This document shows positions 62,859 through 64,000 of a stretch of 64,000 nucleotides of DNA, one piece after another. This DNA is from an uncultured Acidobacteriota bacterium. GTDB lineage: Bacteria > Acidobacteriota > Vicinamibacteria > Vicinamibacterales > UBA2999. Below the pieces are notes generated by a model. That model was not told where the DNA came from. It was given only the letters and a program-made list of their open reading frames with translations, and did not search any database. The position numbers and the translations under genes are program-made. The stretch is from positions 7,877 through 71,876 of the forward strand of contig CAWCBC010000026.1 of assembly GCA_963793705.1 (NCBI GenBank), read 5' to 3'. Position 1 is the first letter of the stretch. Every line of letters starts with the position of its first letter.

Positions 62859-64000
62859 TCAGTTGCGCAGGCTGGCGGCGCGCTTGATCCAGCGCGCACG
62901 TGTCGTCACTGGCGGCTCAGGACGCAGTACACGGCGCGGCAGACGAATCTTCAGGACCATGTCGCCCTGCGGCTGCGCCATCATCCACAAGTGGCCGCCG
63001 CAGCTGCTGACCAGCGACTGCAGGGTGCCGAGGTCGACTCCCGGACGGTTGGCCCTGGACAGCAGGCTATCCACCCCGGGCGTGCGCGCCGCCAGCACGG
63101 CGCCCGGCGGCGCCGCGCCTCTCGTCTCGTTGATCGTCAGCAGGACATGGGCGCCAGGCCGAACGTTCGGGTATTTCGCCGCAAACTTGCGACCCACCGT
63201 AATCGGGGCGACCTGGAACATCAACCTGCCACCGACCGGCATCCGTTCGCGGCCGAAGGCCGCGACGCTGACGAGCATCCGTTCGACGCGCTCGGACTCG
63301 ACATCCAGATTGAGCGAGGGCGCGCCCTGCGGCAGAACGAGATCGATGTCGCCGCCGGACACACGCTTGAGCACCGGCGCGAGATCCTTCAGCACCTGGT
63401 TCAGGTCGACTGTTTCGGAGCCCTTCTTCTCCTCGTTGCCGTACACCGCGAGCTGCCGTAGGTACTTGGCCGCGCGGCTCACTTCGTCGAACAGCAGTTC
63501 ACCGTGGTAGCGCGTGCCATCGCTCTGGCATTCGGCCAGCCACAGCCGGCCTTCCAGTTCGACGTGCTGGAGCAGATTTTCGCAGGTGACGGCTACCTCG
63601 GACGCGTATCGTGCGACCGCTTCCTTGCGCTGCGAGACGCGCAGCTTTTCCTCGAGCACTCGCGGGGTGGTGATGTCCTCGGGGGTGATCTCGATTGAAT
63701 CGGGCGTAGCGGCGACCGCCAGCACCCGGACGATGATGCGGCTGCCATCTCTCTTGGTCCACGTCGTTTCGATCGATTCCGTCGAGCGCGACGCGAGGCA
63801 CCGCCCGACGATCCACTGCAGCTCCTCAGCAGACTCGAACACGCTCGCCGCGAGATCAACCTCGTGCAGCTCCTCCGGCCTGTCGTAGCCGAGGAAGCGC
63901 GCAAAGGCATGGTTCGCGAGCGAGACCGTGCCGTCCGGCGTGCAGCGGCACATGCTGACCGGCGCGTGGTCGAAGCGGCGGCGATGCTCGCTCTCCACCG
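62859..64000 (-). CDS. PAS domain plus degenerate CckA-like histidine kinase (5' part outside window)
   Basis: PAS (ANHAFARFLGY, KRDG), LEEKLRVSQRKEAV, DLNQVL, SCGGHL. Confidence 0.8.
   Translation of the reverse strand, partial: VESEHRRRFDHAPVSMCRCTPDGTVSLANHAFARFLGYDRPEELHEVDLAASVFESAEELQWIVGRCLASRSTESIETTWTKRDGSRIIVRVLAVAATPDSIEITPEDITTPRVLEEKLRVSQRKEAVARYASEVAVTCENLLQHVELEGRLWLAECQSDGTRYHGELLFDEVSRAAKYLRQLAVYGNEEKKGSETVDLNQVLKDLAPVLKRVSGGDIDLVLPQGAPSLNLDVESERVERMLVSVAAFGRERMPVGGRLMFQVAPITVGRKFAAKYPNVRPGAHVLLTINETRGAAPPGAVLAARTPGVDSLLSRANRPGVDLGTLQSLVSSCGGHLWMMAQPQGDMVLKIRLPRRVLRPEPPVTTRARWIKRAASLRN

Overview
High-GC bacterial chromosomal DNA. The gene content suggests Acidobacteriota, probably Vicinamibacterales/subdivision 6 (inference): a DUF1592-DUF1552-ankyrin-DUF6152 cluster, an Oar-like TonB-dependent receptor, bshC, and hrcA-grpE-dnaJ-prmA. 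Most long genes, including essential ones (cysS, ribF, dnaJ, carA), carry single-base frameshifts. This points to long-read indel errors rather than pseudogenes, so many CDS coordinates are reconstructed by eye across frames. Housekeeping blocks (galT-yraN; aminotransferase-cysS-ribF-MBL-DUF1844; mazG; comEC; carAB; bshC-PBP; hrcA-grpE-dnaJ-prmA; mscL) are interleaved with secreted and heme proteins. The most striking signal is non-coding. (1) A dispersed family of palindromes has arms made of tandem ~9-bp NNCACGAAG units with AACCACGAAG...CTTCGTGGTT termini (8 complete copies and 1 half copy in 64 kb). One copy carries a complete GxxExxY PD-(D/E)XK-nuclease-like gene between its arms, which makes it a candidate autonomous/non-autonomous mobile element system. 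Paired empty copies also bracket accessory genes. (2) Two 164-bp structured repeats (5 mismatches) lie in inverted orientation around a BlaI-BlaR1/M56 cassette with no transposase. (3) Several REP-like palindromes sit inside protein-coding sequences. No rRNA, tRNA, CRISPR array or classical transposase/integrase was recognised.
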